A stretch of DNA of 64,000 nt. It comes from a virus. The notes beneath the pieces were generated by a model. That model did no database searches and was not told where the DNA came from. It was given only the letters and a program-made list of their open reading frames with translations. This document shows, in pieces, positions 36,601 to 44,528 of the stretch. The stretch spans positions 1-64,000 of the IMG/VR virus record IMGVR_UViG_3300037840_000333, one strand, 5' to 3'. A program made the translations under genes and the position numbers. Positions within the stretch are counted from its first letter, which is position 1, and each line of letters begins with the position of its first letter.

Positions 36601-38681
36601 GCGTCGAAGCTGGCCGCCAACCCGTCGGCCCCGATGGCCGCGGCGGCGTCGCTGGCCGCCATGTCGCCGGCGAGCGCGGCTAGTTCGGCGCTGCTCCCGC
36701 TGGCCTCGGCCTCGGCGATGGCCATCTCTCGGGCTCCGTCGATCACGGCCTGTTGGGCTGCCGCCGTCGCCTCTAGGGCGGCGCTCAGCGCCTCCTGGGG
36801 CGCGACGGCCTCCGTCGTGGCCGCGCTGGTGGCCTCCGTCCCGCCCAGCAGCTTGCTCAGCGAGGCGATGGCCCTGCCGGTGGCGTCCACCATCTTCTGG
36901 CCGGTGTTGACGACGTAGACGGCGATGGCCGCGGCGAGCACGGTGCCGATGGCGGCCGCCACCACGTACAGCACCGGCTTGTGATCCTCGAGGAATGCGA
37001 AAAACTTGCCGAAATCGCCCAGGGCGTCCCGCACGATGGGCAGCAGCTCGGTGCCGAAGCTCGTCGTCATGTTGGTCACCTGGACCTTGATGGCGTCGAA
37101 CTCGTGGCCGAGGGTCTGCTGCTGCACCACCAGCGCGTGGTGGGCCGCGGCGGCGCTCTCGACCGCTTTCTGCGCCTTGTCGTAGGCGGCCGGGCCGGCG
37201 AGGATCGTGTTCAGCAGGGCCTTGTTGGCGGTGGTCCCGATCAGCGTCGAGAGGGTGGCGAGCTGCTGGGCCTGGCTCATCCCTTGCAGCTTCGGTTGGA
37301 GCTGGGCGATCACGCTCCCGAGCCCCACGAACTTGCCCTGGGCGTCCACGACGTGGATGCCGGTGTCGCTCATGGTTTGGTTGGCCTTGGTCATGGCCGC
37401 GTCCGCCGTGGTGAACGCCTTCCAACTGTCGGCCTGGCTCTGCGTCAGTCCCTTCGTGGCCGCCGTCACCTGGGTGGCTGTCAGGTTGCCGGCCTGGTAC
37501 TGGGTCGCCAGTTTCTGCAGGCTCGGGGGCAGCGCGTCGATGGCCGTCTTCATGTCGAGCTGGGCCTGAGCGACGGCCGTGCTCGGCTTCAGCAGCGTGG
37601 TCATGGCCGTGTTGAGGGTCATCAGCCCTCGGCTCCCGGTGACGCCGTGCTCGCCGGCGTCCACCATGAGCGTGCTGAGGTCCTGGATGCTCGGGGCGGT
37701 CACGCCGAGTCGGGCCTTCAGCCGGTCCACCGTTTGGGTCAGGCTGTCGAGCCCGACGTTCGTGATCCGACTGGCGTTGAACAGGGCGATGCTCGTGGTG
37801 CCGGCATCCTTCAGCGGGACCGAGAAGGTCTGCATCACCTGGCTCAGGTCCTTCGTGGTGCTGCTGAGGCTGTTGCCGCTCTCCTCGGCCAGGTCCATGC
37901 TCGTCTTCATAAAGGCGACCGACTGCGTGGTGGTCAGCGCCTTGCCGTTCATCGCCCCGAGCTGGCCGGCCACGCCGCCGAACGCCGACACCATCTCCTG
38001 GGCGCTGTAGATCGTGTCGCTCCCGCTGTGGAGGAACGCCTGGCCGATGTCGTTCGCCGTCTTGATCGGGATGTTCCCCTGGGCCGCCATCTTGGTCACG
38101 GCCGTCTGGAAATCGACCCCCATCTTCAGGGCCGCCGCGCTGAAGGCCACGAACCCGGCCACGCCGGCGATCAGGCTCACCTTGCCGAGGGTGTTGAAGA
38201 ATCCTCCGCTCTCGGCCGCCTTCCCTCCCACGTTGTCGAGGGCATTGCCGGCGCCGCCGGCCGCCTTGGAGAAGTCACCGAACCCGACGCCGGTGAGGGC
38301 GGTCGCCAGCCCGCTGAGCCCTTGCTTGATCTTCCCGGTGAAGCTGGCCCCGGCCGTCTCGCCGGCGCCCTCCATGTCCTTCTCGACGCCCTGTAGGCCC
38401 GGCTGCATCTCATCGCGGACGCCCTTGCCGGCCTCGTCGCCGGCGCCCTTCGTCCCGCTGACGAACTGCTCGTGGCCTCGCTGGCCGCTGGCCCCGAGGT
38501 CCGCGGCGAGCCCGTCCAGCTCGGGGGCGGCTCCGTCCCGCAGGGCCACGCCGGCGTCGGCGCCGGCTAGCTCGGCGTCGGCCGCCAGCCCGTCGAGCCC
38601 TGGCTTCGTGCCGTCCTTCAGGCTGGTCTCAAAGCCACTCTCGTCCGCGAGGATGCGTACCTCGGCCTCACCGACGATCAT
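33633..38681 (-). CDS. Tail tape measure protein
   Basis: 1682 aa, Ala/Gly-rich helical, TM segments, periodic Trp repeats; follows the chaperone genes. Confidence 0.95.
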   Translation of the reverse strand: MIVGEAEVRILADESGFETSLKDGTKPGLDGLAADAELAGADAGVALRDGAAPELDGLAADLGASGQRGHEQFVSGTKGAGDEAGKGVRDEMQPGLQGVEKDMEGAGETAGASFTGKIKQGLSGLATALTGVGFGDFSKAAGGAGNALDNVGGKAAESGGFFNTLGKVSLIAGVAGFVAFSAAALKMGVDFQTAVTKMAAQGNIPIKTANDIGQAFLHSGSDTIYSAQEMVSAFGGVAGQLGAMNGKALTTTQSVAFMKTSMDLAEESGNSLSSTTKDLSQVMQTFSVPLKDAGTTSIALFNASRITNVGLDSLTQTVDRLKARLGVTAPSIQDLSTLMVDAGEHGVTGSRGLMTLNTAMTTLLKPSTAVAQAQLDMKTAIDALPPSLQKLATQYQAGNLTATQVTAATKGLTQSQADSWKAFTTADAAMTKANQTMSDTGIHVVDAQGKFVGLGSVIAQLQPKLQGMSQAQQLATLSTLIGTTANKALLNTILAGPAAYDKAQKAVESAAAAHHALVVQQQTLGHEFDAIKVQVTNMTTSFGTELLPIVRDALGDFGKFFAFLEDHKPVLYVVAAAIGTVLAAAIAVYVVNTGQKMVDATGRAIASLSKLLGGTEATSAATTEAVAPQEALSAALEATAAAQQAVIDGAREMAIAEAEASGSSAELAALAGDMAASDAAAAIGADGLAASFDAEAASAAVADAATLPIAATIGIVVVAVAALGIAIYELVAHWSTVWGEIKRIFDDVVGFLTHGFGQFAILLLGPIAPLVYLALHWKETWQIMETVVSDAVNWIKGHLDIVAIFAPWLAGIVFVATHWQATWHAITSVLDIAKGVISADIQAAEAIFGAFVAMVQSAMSVAVGAFHIFMDGVQELENAVRTGIGVVEFLFVGLPEKILGALAGAGQWLLNVGKDIINGLVKGVESMAAEPAKAVEKIAHGIVGVAKDILGVFSPSTVFHQIGADSMKGLANGIKENAQLAQEEMKALKLAEQLVPELQKIEAAGTKVGNALHAIVTGLIELASAGRTAQQGVVPVVQAIEQIAQALAKAGNVRLPPGLQTDLKSLATLATSLQPGPITAAIAAIRAGFDSLASSGGLVAGITRDDAALKAFTATLKLVDPVARQLGTAIAEASTGFTKGATEAEKIVQAFDKADTAGSKLTSILKTIETALASMRSAVTAAENALGTQLVKALTDDEQAANRIAPAFQKVATEVQAGSAKVRATVADWAAFGHQIDTTLTSVARFDTDVKQIATSLTTAAMKGRQLGDDLLAVSHESTTAATGMTQLFHALTLGNAPMVLLDASLKLGDKGLSDFQTSATSASAGMKTFGIQSTATQTVLAKLNDELSVSVKDTGDVVTNLSNMNKVLLATGANFLIVFNQTKTLGLDMLRTNLQAFVSFWQTEWLQMQTVVQTFNSTVTPIFNQLRTAEDQLRTSTDTLKTDWGNDWQDITTATSSVWTTMSGTFQNIKDQGLTPLDTAIGQLKTDWDSDWQAMGQTITSVFGNDPGSYLYNTGEAMVQGLINGINSKGSQVSTTLTNIVNSAVTSAKAAAGTHSPSTIFHEIGKNMMEGLANGIQASAQLPVSALTGVAADLRAVQVTAPALQPQAPLPTALAAPGAPTQAAGGATTIYVQQGAFQVHNHGAVSPAVADASTAAVRSGITELSSALLRGANPNRMVPLP

Positions 38682-38685
38682 CGGT

Positions 38686-39026
38686 CTACCTGTTCACCGG
38701 CTGGGCGAGGAACGGGTCGTCCTCCTCGCCCATGCCCTGGGCGCTGGCGGCTGCGACGTTCTTCTCCGCCCACAGCTCCCGGTCGTAGGCCTCGGCCTCC
38801 TCCTCGCCGAGGGGACGGAACAGGTGCTCATCGAGGTGCTGGCGGGCCTCGTAGCGGCTGGCTCCCATCGGGGTCGCGTCGTCCAGCATCAGCGAATAGA
38901 TCAGGTCGAGACTGTCTGCGGTGTCCGCCGTCGTGAGGGTGTGGCCCGCCCGGAGGATTCTGCCGTTGACGTCGGCGAAGAACGCCGCGGCCCACCACGC
39001 CTCTCGGACCGCGGCGCAGAAGGGCG
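38686..39026 (-). CDS. Tail assembly chaperone, frameshifted C-terminal part (gpT-like)
   Basis: -1 frame overlapping the TAC gene; no convincing own start; ends 4 nt before the tape measure ATG. Confidence 0.6.
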
Positions 39027-39449
39027 GAGCCCGTACCGCTCGCTCAGGGCCTCGGCAATGGTCCCGAGCAGCGCCGCCTGGAACTCGACCTCGGGGTCGC
39101 GGATCGTCTTGAACCACTCCTCCCGGTCGTCGGCCACCAGCGCGTCGCCGATGAACTGCACGGCCGCCGTCATCGGGATCACGCCCTTCGCGTCCGCCTG
39201 CTGCAGGACGTTGAACGTCGGGCCGAAGCTCTGCGTGGGGCGGACGTGGAAGGTGTACTCCCGTTTGGCGTGTCCCTCCCGGTCGAACTCCTCGGCGTCC
39301 TGGTCGTCCAGCCGGAAGCCGTCGGTGTCGAGCTTGCTGCGCTTGACCTCGTAGCCGACGAGGGTGAACGGGATCGGTTCCAGATCGAGGTCGGCTAGCT
39401 CCTCGTCGGTCTCTACCTCGCCGAACGTGCCGAGTGATTCAGGGCTCAT
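38901..39449 (-). CDS. Tail assembly chaperone (gpG-like)
   Basis: AGGAGG RBS; ends YGLRPS plus a Ser-rich tail; position before the tape measure gene. Confidence 0.75.
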   Translation of the reverse strand: MSPESLGTFGEVETDEELADLDLEPIPFTLVGYEVKRSKLDTDGFRLDDQDAEEFDREGHAKREYTFHVRPTQSFGPTFNVLQQADAKGVIPMTAAVQFIGDALVADDREEWFKTIRDPEVEFQAALLGTIAEALSERYGLRPSAPRSERRGGPRRSSPTSTAESSGRATPSRRRTPQTVST

Positions 39450-39526
39450 GGTGCCTCCTGTAGTGGTGGTGGAGGCATCGAACCACGGCGAGGACCGCGA
39501 ATCATGGTTGACGCTAGTGTGACGCC

Positions 39527-40075
39527 GTGGCCTGGCCTCCTACGTGTCACGTACCTGGGTGCGGGCGCCCGGTCCACGCCCGGGGCCTGTGCGGGCGCTG
39601 CACCATGCGCCTCCGCCGTAACGGGACGACGGATGATCCTCCGGCCCCTGAGGAGCGTTTCTGGCGCCTCGTGGACCCCGATGGGCCGGTGGCCGCCCAC
39701 CGACCCGACCTCGGCCCCTGCTGGCGCTGGGGCGGTCCTGTGGGACACGCCGGCTATGGGGAGATGTGGTGGCGCGGTCGGAAGGTCCACGCCCACCGGA
39801 TTGCCTGGGAGCTGGCCTGGGGCGCTCCTCCGCCGGCTGGGATGCCCCTGGCTCACTTCGCCTGCGACCTGCGCTCGTGCCCCAACCCGGCCCACGTGCG
39901 GCCGGCTGGGGCAGTCGAGGACGTGCTAGGGCGCCGCGGGGTGGCCGCCTGGAACGGTCGCCACTCCCACTGCCTCCGGGGTCATCCGCTCACGGCGCGC
40001 AACTCGATCTTCGTCCCTGGGGGCATCGCCTGCCGGGAGTGCCGGGCCGAGGTCGCTCGGGCTCGCCGCCGCTGA
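39527..40075 (+). CDS. HNH homing-endonuclease-like protein
   Basis: PCWRW..GYG..HAHRIAW..HFAC..SCPNPAH..HCLRGH..CREC; only plus-strand gene called. Confidence 0.85.
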   Translation: MAWPPTCHVPGCGRPVHARGLCGRCTMRLRRNGTTDDPPAPEERFWRLVDPDGPVAAHRPDLGPCWRWGGPVGHAGYGEMWWRGRKVHAHRIAWELAWGAPPPAGMPLAHFACDLRSCPNPAHVRPAGAVEDVLGRRGVAAWNGRHSHCLRGHPLTARNSIFVPGGIACRECRAEVARARRR

Positions 40076-40081
40076 ACGCGA

Positions 40082-40117
40082 CCGAGGACCCCAGGCGGCG
40101 GATCCCGGGGCCCTCGG
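40082..40117. terminator. Hairpin between convergent genes
   Basis: ccgaggacccc...ggggccctcgg stem. Confidence 0.45.
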
Positions 40118-40147
40118 CGGAGGTTGCCTTCGCAGGCGCTTGTTACC

Positions 40148-40285
40148 CTACCCAGCCGCCCGGCGGTGAATCTGCCAGATCACGCCGAGGGCTCCGCCTA
40201 CGACGAGCGGTGCCCACCAGGTGTGGGTGATGACCCCGACGGTAGCGCCGGCGACGGCCGCGGTGACCAGCAGGAGGGCGCGCAT
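40148..40285 (-). CDS. 45-aa two-TM peptide (not in ORF track)
   Basis: MRALLLVTAAVAGATVGVITHTWWAPLVVGGALGVIWQIHRRAAG; TGATG coupled. Confidence 0.65.
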   Translation of the reverse strand: MRALLLVTAAVAGATVGVITHTWWAPLVVGGALGVIWQIHRRAAG

Positions 40286-40998
40286 CAGAACGGTGGTCCT
40301 GCGTAGTCGTCCCGGTCCATCGCTATCGGGATGCCGAGGAAGTCAGCCCAGGTTACGGTGACGCCGCTGATATACAGCGGCACCAGCCAGCAGCCGGCTC
40401 CCGCGTCGCAGAACTTGTCCCACTGCGCTCCCGGTGTGTTCAGGGCGTAGCAAAGCCACTGGCCCGGTCCGCACAGCGCGGCGATATAGGTCGGGTGGGT
40501 GACGACCGCTCCGATCCAGGCGTTGAACACCGCTGCACCGACGGCGATGGCGGGCTCGCAAGCTAGGGCGAACCAGCCGGTCATGGCGCACATCGTCACC
40601 AGCTCGGCGGCTGCTCCCGCAAAGAACGCGGTGTAGAGCAGGCCCCGAAGGTCCTGGCGGGTCAGTGTCAGCACGCTCAGCGGGAACCCGAAGTTGAACG
40701 TGGCATGCGGGATGCTCGCTCCGCTCGGGCAACCCTGTCCGGGGTGGGCCTGCATCCACATGGCGGCGAAGGTGTACTCCGCCACCGGCACGCTCATCCC
40801 GGACACCAGCGAGATGCCGTTCGTGTCCGGCATGGCGCCTGGGCAGAGCCCGGTCATGTAGCTGGCGCTGCTGTCCACCACGTACATATTCGGCTGGGGT
40901 GTCGCCGCTCCTGCCTGCCTGGGCACCGCCAGCGTCAGCGTGCCCAATGCCGTGAGCGCGATCAGCGCCACGGTTGCCCCTCGTCGGATCCGTCTCAT
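40285..40998 (-). CDS. Secreted Cys-rich hydrophobic protein
   Basis: Signal peptide; paired Cys; long hydrophobic helices; GAAAGG RBS. Confidence 0.75.
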   Translation of the reverse strand: MRRIRRGATVALIALTALGTLTLAVPRQAGAATPQPNMYVVDSSASYMTGLCPGAMPDTNGISLVSGMSVPVAEYTFAAMWMQAHPGQGCPSGASIPHATFNFGFPLSVLTLTRQDLRGLLYTAFFAGAAAELVTMCAMTGWFALACEPAIAVGAAVFNAWIGAVVTHPTYIAALCGPGQWLCYALNTPGAQWDKFCDAGAGCWLVPLYISGVTVTWADFLGIPIAMDRDDYAGPPF

Positions 40999-41046
40999 GG
41001 GCGGACCCCCTTTCCTCAGCCGGCGCCCGATCTGAGCGCCGGACAC

Positions 41047-41400
41047 CTAGAGCAGGCCTTCCAGGCCGGCGTCCCTCCGCCGGGTGACGCTCACGGTGTA
41101 GGCGGTGAGCGGTCGGTTCGGCTGGCCGTCCCAGCGGATGCCGTAGTCCTGGCGCCAGACCCGCATGGCCTCGCCGGCCGTGCGGAATCCCTTGGCCTTG
41201 TCCACGTCGTCGGTCGTCACGATCTGATCCTCGTAGCGGTCGGCTCCTGGGTGGAAGCGCACGAGGAAGCGGTCGAGGTGGCTGGCGGCGAGGGCGCCGT
41301 CGGGTCCCTCGATGCTCCGGGGGTTGGCGAAGGCCAGGAGCCGGATCACGTACTCGTCCTCTAGGGCCAGGTCCACGTGGATGCGCCTCGGGCCGCTCAC
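41047..41400 (-). CDS. Hypothetical phage protein
   Basis: DGQPNRPLTAYTVSV motif; GTGA coupling. Confidence 0.7.
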   Translation of the reverse strand: MSGPRRIHVDLALEDEYVIRLLAFANPRSIEGPDGALAASHLDRFLVRFHPGADRYEDQIVTTDDVDKAKGFRTAGEAMRVWRQDYGIRWDGQPNRPLTAYTVSVTRRRDAGLEGLL

Positions 41401-41654
41401 CGCGACACCAGCGTCCAGCCGCCTCGGGCCATGAACACCCAATAGTGCGCCTCCGTGAGTCGGAAGGTTCCGGGGTCGTCGCCGAAGCTGGGGCGCACGC
41501 CCACGGGCAGCGGGCCGCCGTCCGCTCGGGTAAGCACGACGGAGTAGATCGCGTCGTTGCCGTCCCGCCGCACGACCTCCCACTCGCCGGTGCCTCGGTT
41601 CTCGGTGTGGATCAGGCGGTCGCCCGCCTTCAGCTTGCCGCTCGGGGTCGGCAT
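41397..41654 (-). CDS. Hypothetical protein (SH3-like)
   Basis: LKAGDRL..WEVV; coupled. Confidence 0.65.
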   Translation of the reverse strand: MPTPSGKLKAGDRLIHTENRGTGEWEVVRRDGNDAIYSVVLTRADGGPLPVGVRPSFGDDPGTFRLTEAHYWVFMARGGWTLVSR

Positions 41655-41893
41655 CAGCCCGGCACTTGGATCGGGTCGCCGGGCTCGCCGGTCCAGTCCA
41701 CCTTGCCGTTGCCGCCAATCTCGCGGGCCCGGATGCCCACCCGGCCGTTCGGCCAGGTGTTGGCCTGGGTCACCCGGTGGGGGCGCATGGCGCCGTTAGA
41801 GAACCACAGGATCGTGTCGCCGGTGCCCTCGGGGCCGCCGTCGCTCACCTGGCCGGCGGGTACCGTGCGGTTGTACTTGCGTCGGGCGGTCAT
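41654..41893 (-). CDS. Hypothetical protein
   Basis: Coupled on both sides. Confidence 0.6.
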   Translation of the reverse strand: MTARRKYNRTVPAGQVSDGGPEGTGDTILWFSNGAMRPHRVTQANTWPNGRVGIRAREIGGNGKVDWTGEPGDPIQVPG

Positions 41894-42312
41894 GGCTGGT
41901 CGATTTCTGTCGGCAGCCCGTAGTGCTCCCGCAGGACGCGGCAGCGGGGGTCGGCGAGCTGGCGGGCGAGCGACTGGCGGGCACTGGCGATGTGGTCCTG
42001 GGCGAAGGTCTCGGCCTCGTCTCGGGTGGCGAACGCACGCTTGCGGAGCTGGGTCGTGTACGACTTGCCCTCGGGTGGCGTGTACCGGATCACCGGGACG
42101 TAGGGCCACCGCGGGTTGCGTCCGCGCTTGGCGGCCGTGGGCTCGCCGAAGTTGGCGCCGGCCGCGGCCTCTGCGATCTGCTGCTCGATGCGGTCCGGGT
42201 GGACGTAGCTCGGGCACTGCTCGCCCGTCTCGCCCTCCCGCAGGCAGTCGCCGTCGTCGTCCACGACGTAGCCGCAGGTCTCGCAGGTGGTGGTTTCGGT
42301 GTGTGTGCTCAT
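41890..42312 (-). CDS. Hypothetical protein, leaderless
   Basis: TAGAGT -10 box 7 nt upstream of the ATG. Confidence 0.75.
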   Translation of the reverse strand: MSTHTETTTCETCGYVVDDDGDCLREGETGEQCPSYVHPDRIEQQIAEAAAGANFGEPTAAKRGRNPRWPYVPVIRYTPPEGKSYTTQLRKRAFATRDEAETFAQDHIASARQSLARQLADPRCRVLREHYGLPTEIDQP

Positions 42313-42319
42313 GGGTGTA

Positions 42320-42356
42320 ACTCTACTCCCTCCGGTCGCCGATTGCTAGCGTTTGG
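42320..42356 (-). promoter_or_regulatory. Conserved promoter, copy 3
   Basis: CCAAACGCTAGCAATCGGCG, 18-nt spacer, TAGAGT. Confidence 0.8.
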
Positions 42357-42474
42357 CGGGGGTTTCCTCGTCGTCGGGTTCCGGCTCGGGGTCGTCGGCG
42401 CGCTCGGCCTCGGCGTGCAGCGCCTCGATGTGCTTCTGATTGTGACGGTGCGCCGCCTCCTCCCACGCGCTCAT
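42346..42474 (-). CDS. Small acidic hypothetical protein
   Basis: ATGA coupling. Confidence 0.5.
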   Translation of the reverse strand: MSAWEEAAHRHNQKHIEALHAEAERADDPEPEPDDEETPAKR

Positions 42475-42647
42475 CGCAGAATGTCCTCCACCGTGAGCGG
42501 CGCCTCGGCCGCCAGCCCGCACGAGATGTTGCCGGTGGCCGCGTGGACGATGCTGTCGTCCTCGGGGTCGGTGGCGAGCGGCAGGCCGCAGCCGGGGCAC
42601 GGCTGGTGGATCTTCGCCCGCTGGCGCATGTACTCGGGCTCGCTCAT
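42471..42647 (-). CDS. Small zinc-binding protein
   Basis: CPGCG..H..C. Confidence 0.55.
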   Translation of the reverse strand: MSEPEYMRQRAKIHQPCPGCGLPLATDPEDDSIVHAATGNISCGLAAEAPLTVEDILR

Positions 42648-42835
42648 GGCCGTGTCCAGATGGTGACCTGCCAGCCCGAGGAGGTCGGGCGCGGCGGCCA
42701 CCGCTTGTGGCTCCGCTTGGCGTAGGCCTTGGCCCTCTCCACGCACCGAGGGTCGATGTCGTCCAGGGTCAGCTCGCCGCCCAACTCCTCGGCAATGTCG
42801 GCGTAGTCCTCGGCTCCTCGGCTCGGGGCGCTCAT
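42644..42835 (-). CDS. Hypothetical protein
   Basis: ATGA coupling. Confidence 0.55.
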   Translation of the reverse strand: MSAPSRGAEDYADIAEELGGELTLDDIDPRCVERAKAYAKRSHKRWPPRPTSSGWQVTIWTRP

Positions 42836-43122
42836 GCCTGCACCGCCTTGCGGGCGTAGTGCTGGCCGAGGAACTCGCGGGAAACGTCGTGGTTGTAGAA
42901 GCTGGTCACCTGGCGCAGGGCGCCGTCCTTCTGGATGGCCCGGCCGTACACCTGCACGTCCTGGGTGGTCGCCGTCTCGCCGTCGGTCTCGGTGATGACG
43001 ACCCTGGTGAGCACGTAGCGGTTGAATCGCTGCGCAATGGTGCACACAGCCTCGGGGCCGTGGCCCTCGGGAAAGTCATAGGTGGTGACTGTCTTGCGGC
43101 TGGCCTGCTCGGGGAGGTTCAC
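42832..43122 (-). CDS. Hypothetical protein
   Basis: GTGA coupling. Confidence 0.65.
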   Translation of the reverse strand: MNLPEQASRKTVTTYDFPEGHGPEAVCTIAQRFNRYVLTRVVITETDGETATTQDVQVYGRAIQKDGALRQVTSFYNHDVSREFLGQHYARKAVQA

Positions 43123-43616
43123 GACGCCACCGCCGTCGCCTCGTGCATCCACCCGCCGGGGATGAACCAGGTCCCGCCGCCCCACTCGCTGGCGGGGTCG
43201 CGGGGGTACATCGGCTTGATGCGCCCGCACGAAGCCATGCGGGTTGCGAAGCCGAACCAGCCCTGCTCGATCGGACGGTCATGGGCGTCGTACAGCCAGC
43301 CGCCTTGCTTGCCGGTGATGTGGAGGGTGGCGGCGAGGGCTCGGGCTGCCTTCTCCCGGCCATCGCGGCTCTTGGTCGTGCGGTACACGCCGGGCCGGGG
43401 CAGGTGCGCCCACCGGGGGTCGGTGTCGCTGCGGACCATGTAGTGGTGCTCGTGGAGCCGGCTGCCCAGGATGCGCCGCTGGTCGTCCAGCTTGTCCCAC
43501 TGCGCCTGGGCGCTCCGCCAGTCGGTGGCGGGGGAGACGATCCGGTACAGCCAGTCGCCTTGCCCTCGCTGCCGCTTGGCCTCGATGACGATGTGAAGGT
43601 CGGGGGTTGTGCTCAC
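43119..43616 (-). CDS. Hypothetical protein
   Basis: GGAGG RBS; leader nearly identical to that of 11423-12691. Confidence 0.75.
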   Translation of the reverse strand: MSTTPDLHIVIEAKRQRGQGDWLYRIVSPATDWRSAQAQWDKLDDQRRILGSRLHEHHYMVRSDTDPRWAHLPRPGVYRTTKSRDGREKAARALAATLHITGKQGGWLYDAHDRPIEQGWFGFATRMASCGRIKPMYPRDPASEWGGGTWFIPGGWMHEATAVAS

Positions 43617-43653
43617 GGTGATGCCTCCGTGTGTCTCGTGGTTGGTAGTCCCA

Positions 43654-43690
43654 ACTCTAGTCGCTCGGTGCGCCGATTGCTAGCGTTTGG
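43654..43690 (-). promoter_or_regulatory. Conserved promoter, copy 4
   Basis: CCAAACGCTAGCAATCGGCG, 18-nt spacer, TAGAGT. Confidence 0.8.
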
Positions 43691-43962
43691 TCACTATTTC
43701 TCGCCGGGTACTGAGGAGGGCGCCCCGGCTGAGGAGCTGGTCATGTCGCCGGCGCTCAGGTGCCCGATAGCGACACTGCCGCGTAGCCCACTGGCCCAGC
43801 ACATCAACCTGCTCCCCTTCCGGGGCCCTGCCGGAGCGCCCAAGCGGGGTAGGTCGCTCCCTGTCTAGCCCTCGGATCTGACGCCTCACCGAAGCGGAAT
43901 CGCTACTAGGTCCACGGCCACTCCTCCGAAAGGTCAACCGATCTGCGCTGTTCGCTCTCCAA
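43691..43962 (-). ncRNA. Candidate structured non-coding RNA
   Basis: Lies between two conserved promoters; no credible ORF; several hairpins. Confidence 0.35.
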
Positions 43963-43968
43963 CGCCCA

Positions 43969-44005
43969 ACTCTAATCGCTCCGCCCGCCGATTGCTAGCG
44001 TTTGG
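43969..44005 (-). promoter_or_regulatory. Conserved promoter, copy 5
   Basis: CCAAACGCTAGCAATCGGCG, 18-nt spacer, TAGAGT. Confidence 0.8.
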
Positions 44006-44045
44006 CGCAAACTTTCTCACATTTCTGCGGATGGCCCAGCTCGTG

Positions 44046-44528
44046 CTACACGAACATCAGGTAGAGGTTGTCGCTGAGGTAGCGGTTCGGCTTGCTCGTG
44101 GCGACGCTCGGGGTGATGACGGCGCGCCCGCTGGCCCTCGCCGCCGCCCACCCGGCCGGGTCGGTCGGGCGCTCGCCGCTGGTGACGAAGGCGAGGAACC
44201 TGGCCCGCTTCGGGAAGATGCGGCTCCCGGGTGGCCCGTTGCCCTCGTGCACCCAATAGGCGTAACTCGGGTCGAGCCCGGCGCCGGCGACGATAGACAT
44301 GACCGGCCCGACGTCGCTGGTGGAGAATCGCTTGACGATGCTCATGCCGAGGCGCCCGGATTTCTTGTTGACGGTCCACCGGCTGCGCTTGGTCTCGATC
44401 TGATCCCTGGCGCCGGCGATGACGCGGTCGCCGCCCTGGATCAGGTAGCGCATCACCGGGCCGTCCGGGCCGCGTAGAACCTCCTCCATCACCGCGCCGT
44501 CGATGATGAGCGTGACCTCGCCGGCCAT
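44046..44528 (-). CDS. Neck/tail-completion protein (HK97 gp10-like)
   Basis: SGRLGMSI..YAYWVHEGNG..IFPKRARFLAF..PNRYL. Confidence 0.75.
   Translation of the reverse strand: MAGEVTLIIDGAVMEEVLRGPDGPVMRYLIQGGDRVIAGARDQIETKRSRWTVNKKSGRLGMSIVKRFSTSDVGPVMSIVAGAGLDPSYAYWVHEGNGPPGSRIFPKRARFLAFVTSGERPTDPAGWAAARASGRAVITPSVATSKPNRYLSDNLYLMFV

Noticed and set aside
22617-39486. CGTGGTTCGA shared by two leaders (near 22620 and 39480) as a tRNA fragment or nut-like site
   Set aside because: Only a 10-mer in two copies with no cloverleaf; could be chance
43711-43735. Two CTGAGGA motifs as a hammerhead ribozyme core
   Set aside because: No properly placed GAAA and stems, and they are on the strand opposite the promoter
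9467-44005. Repeated 20-mer as a CRISPR repeat or att site
   Set aside because: Copies are dispersed, not regularly spaced, and always sit at a fixed distance from a -10 box; no cas or integrase gene is present
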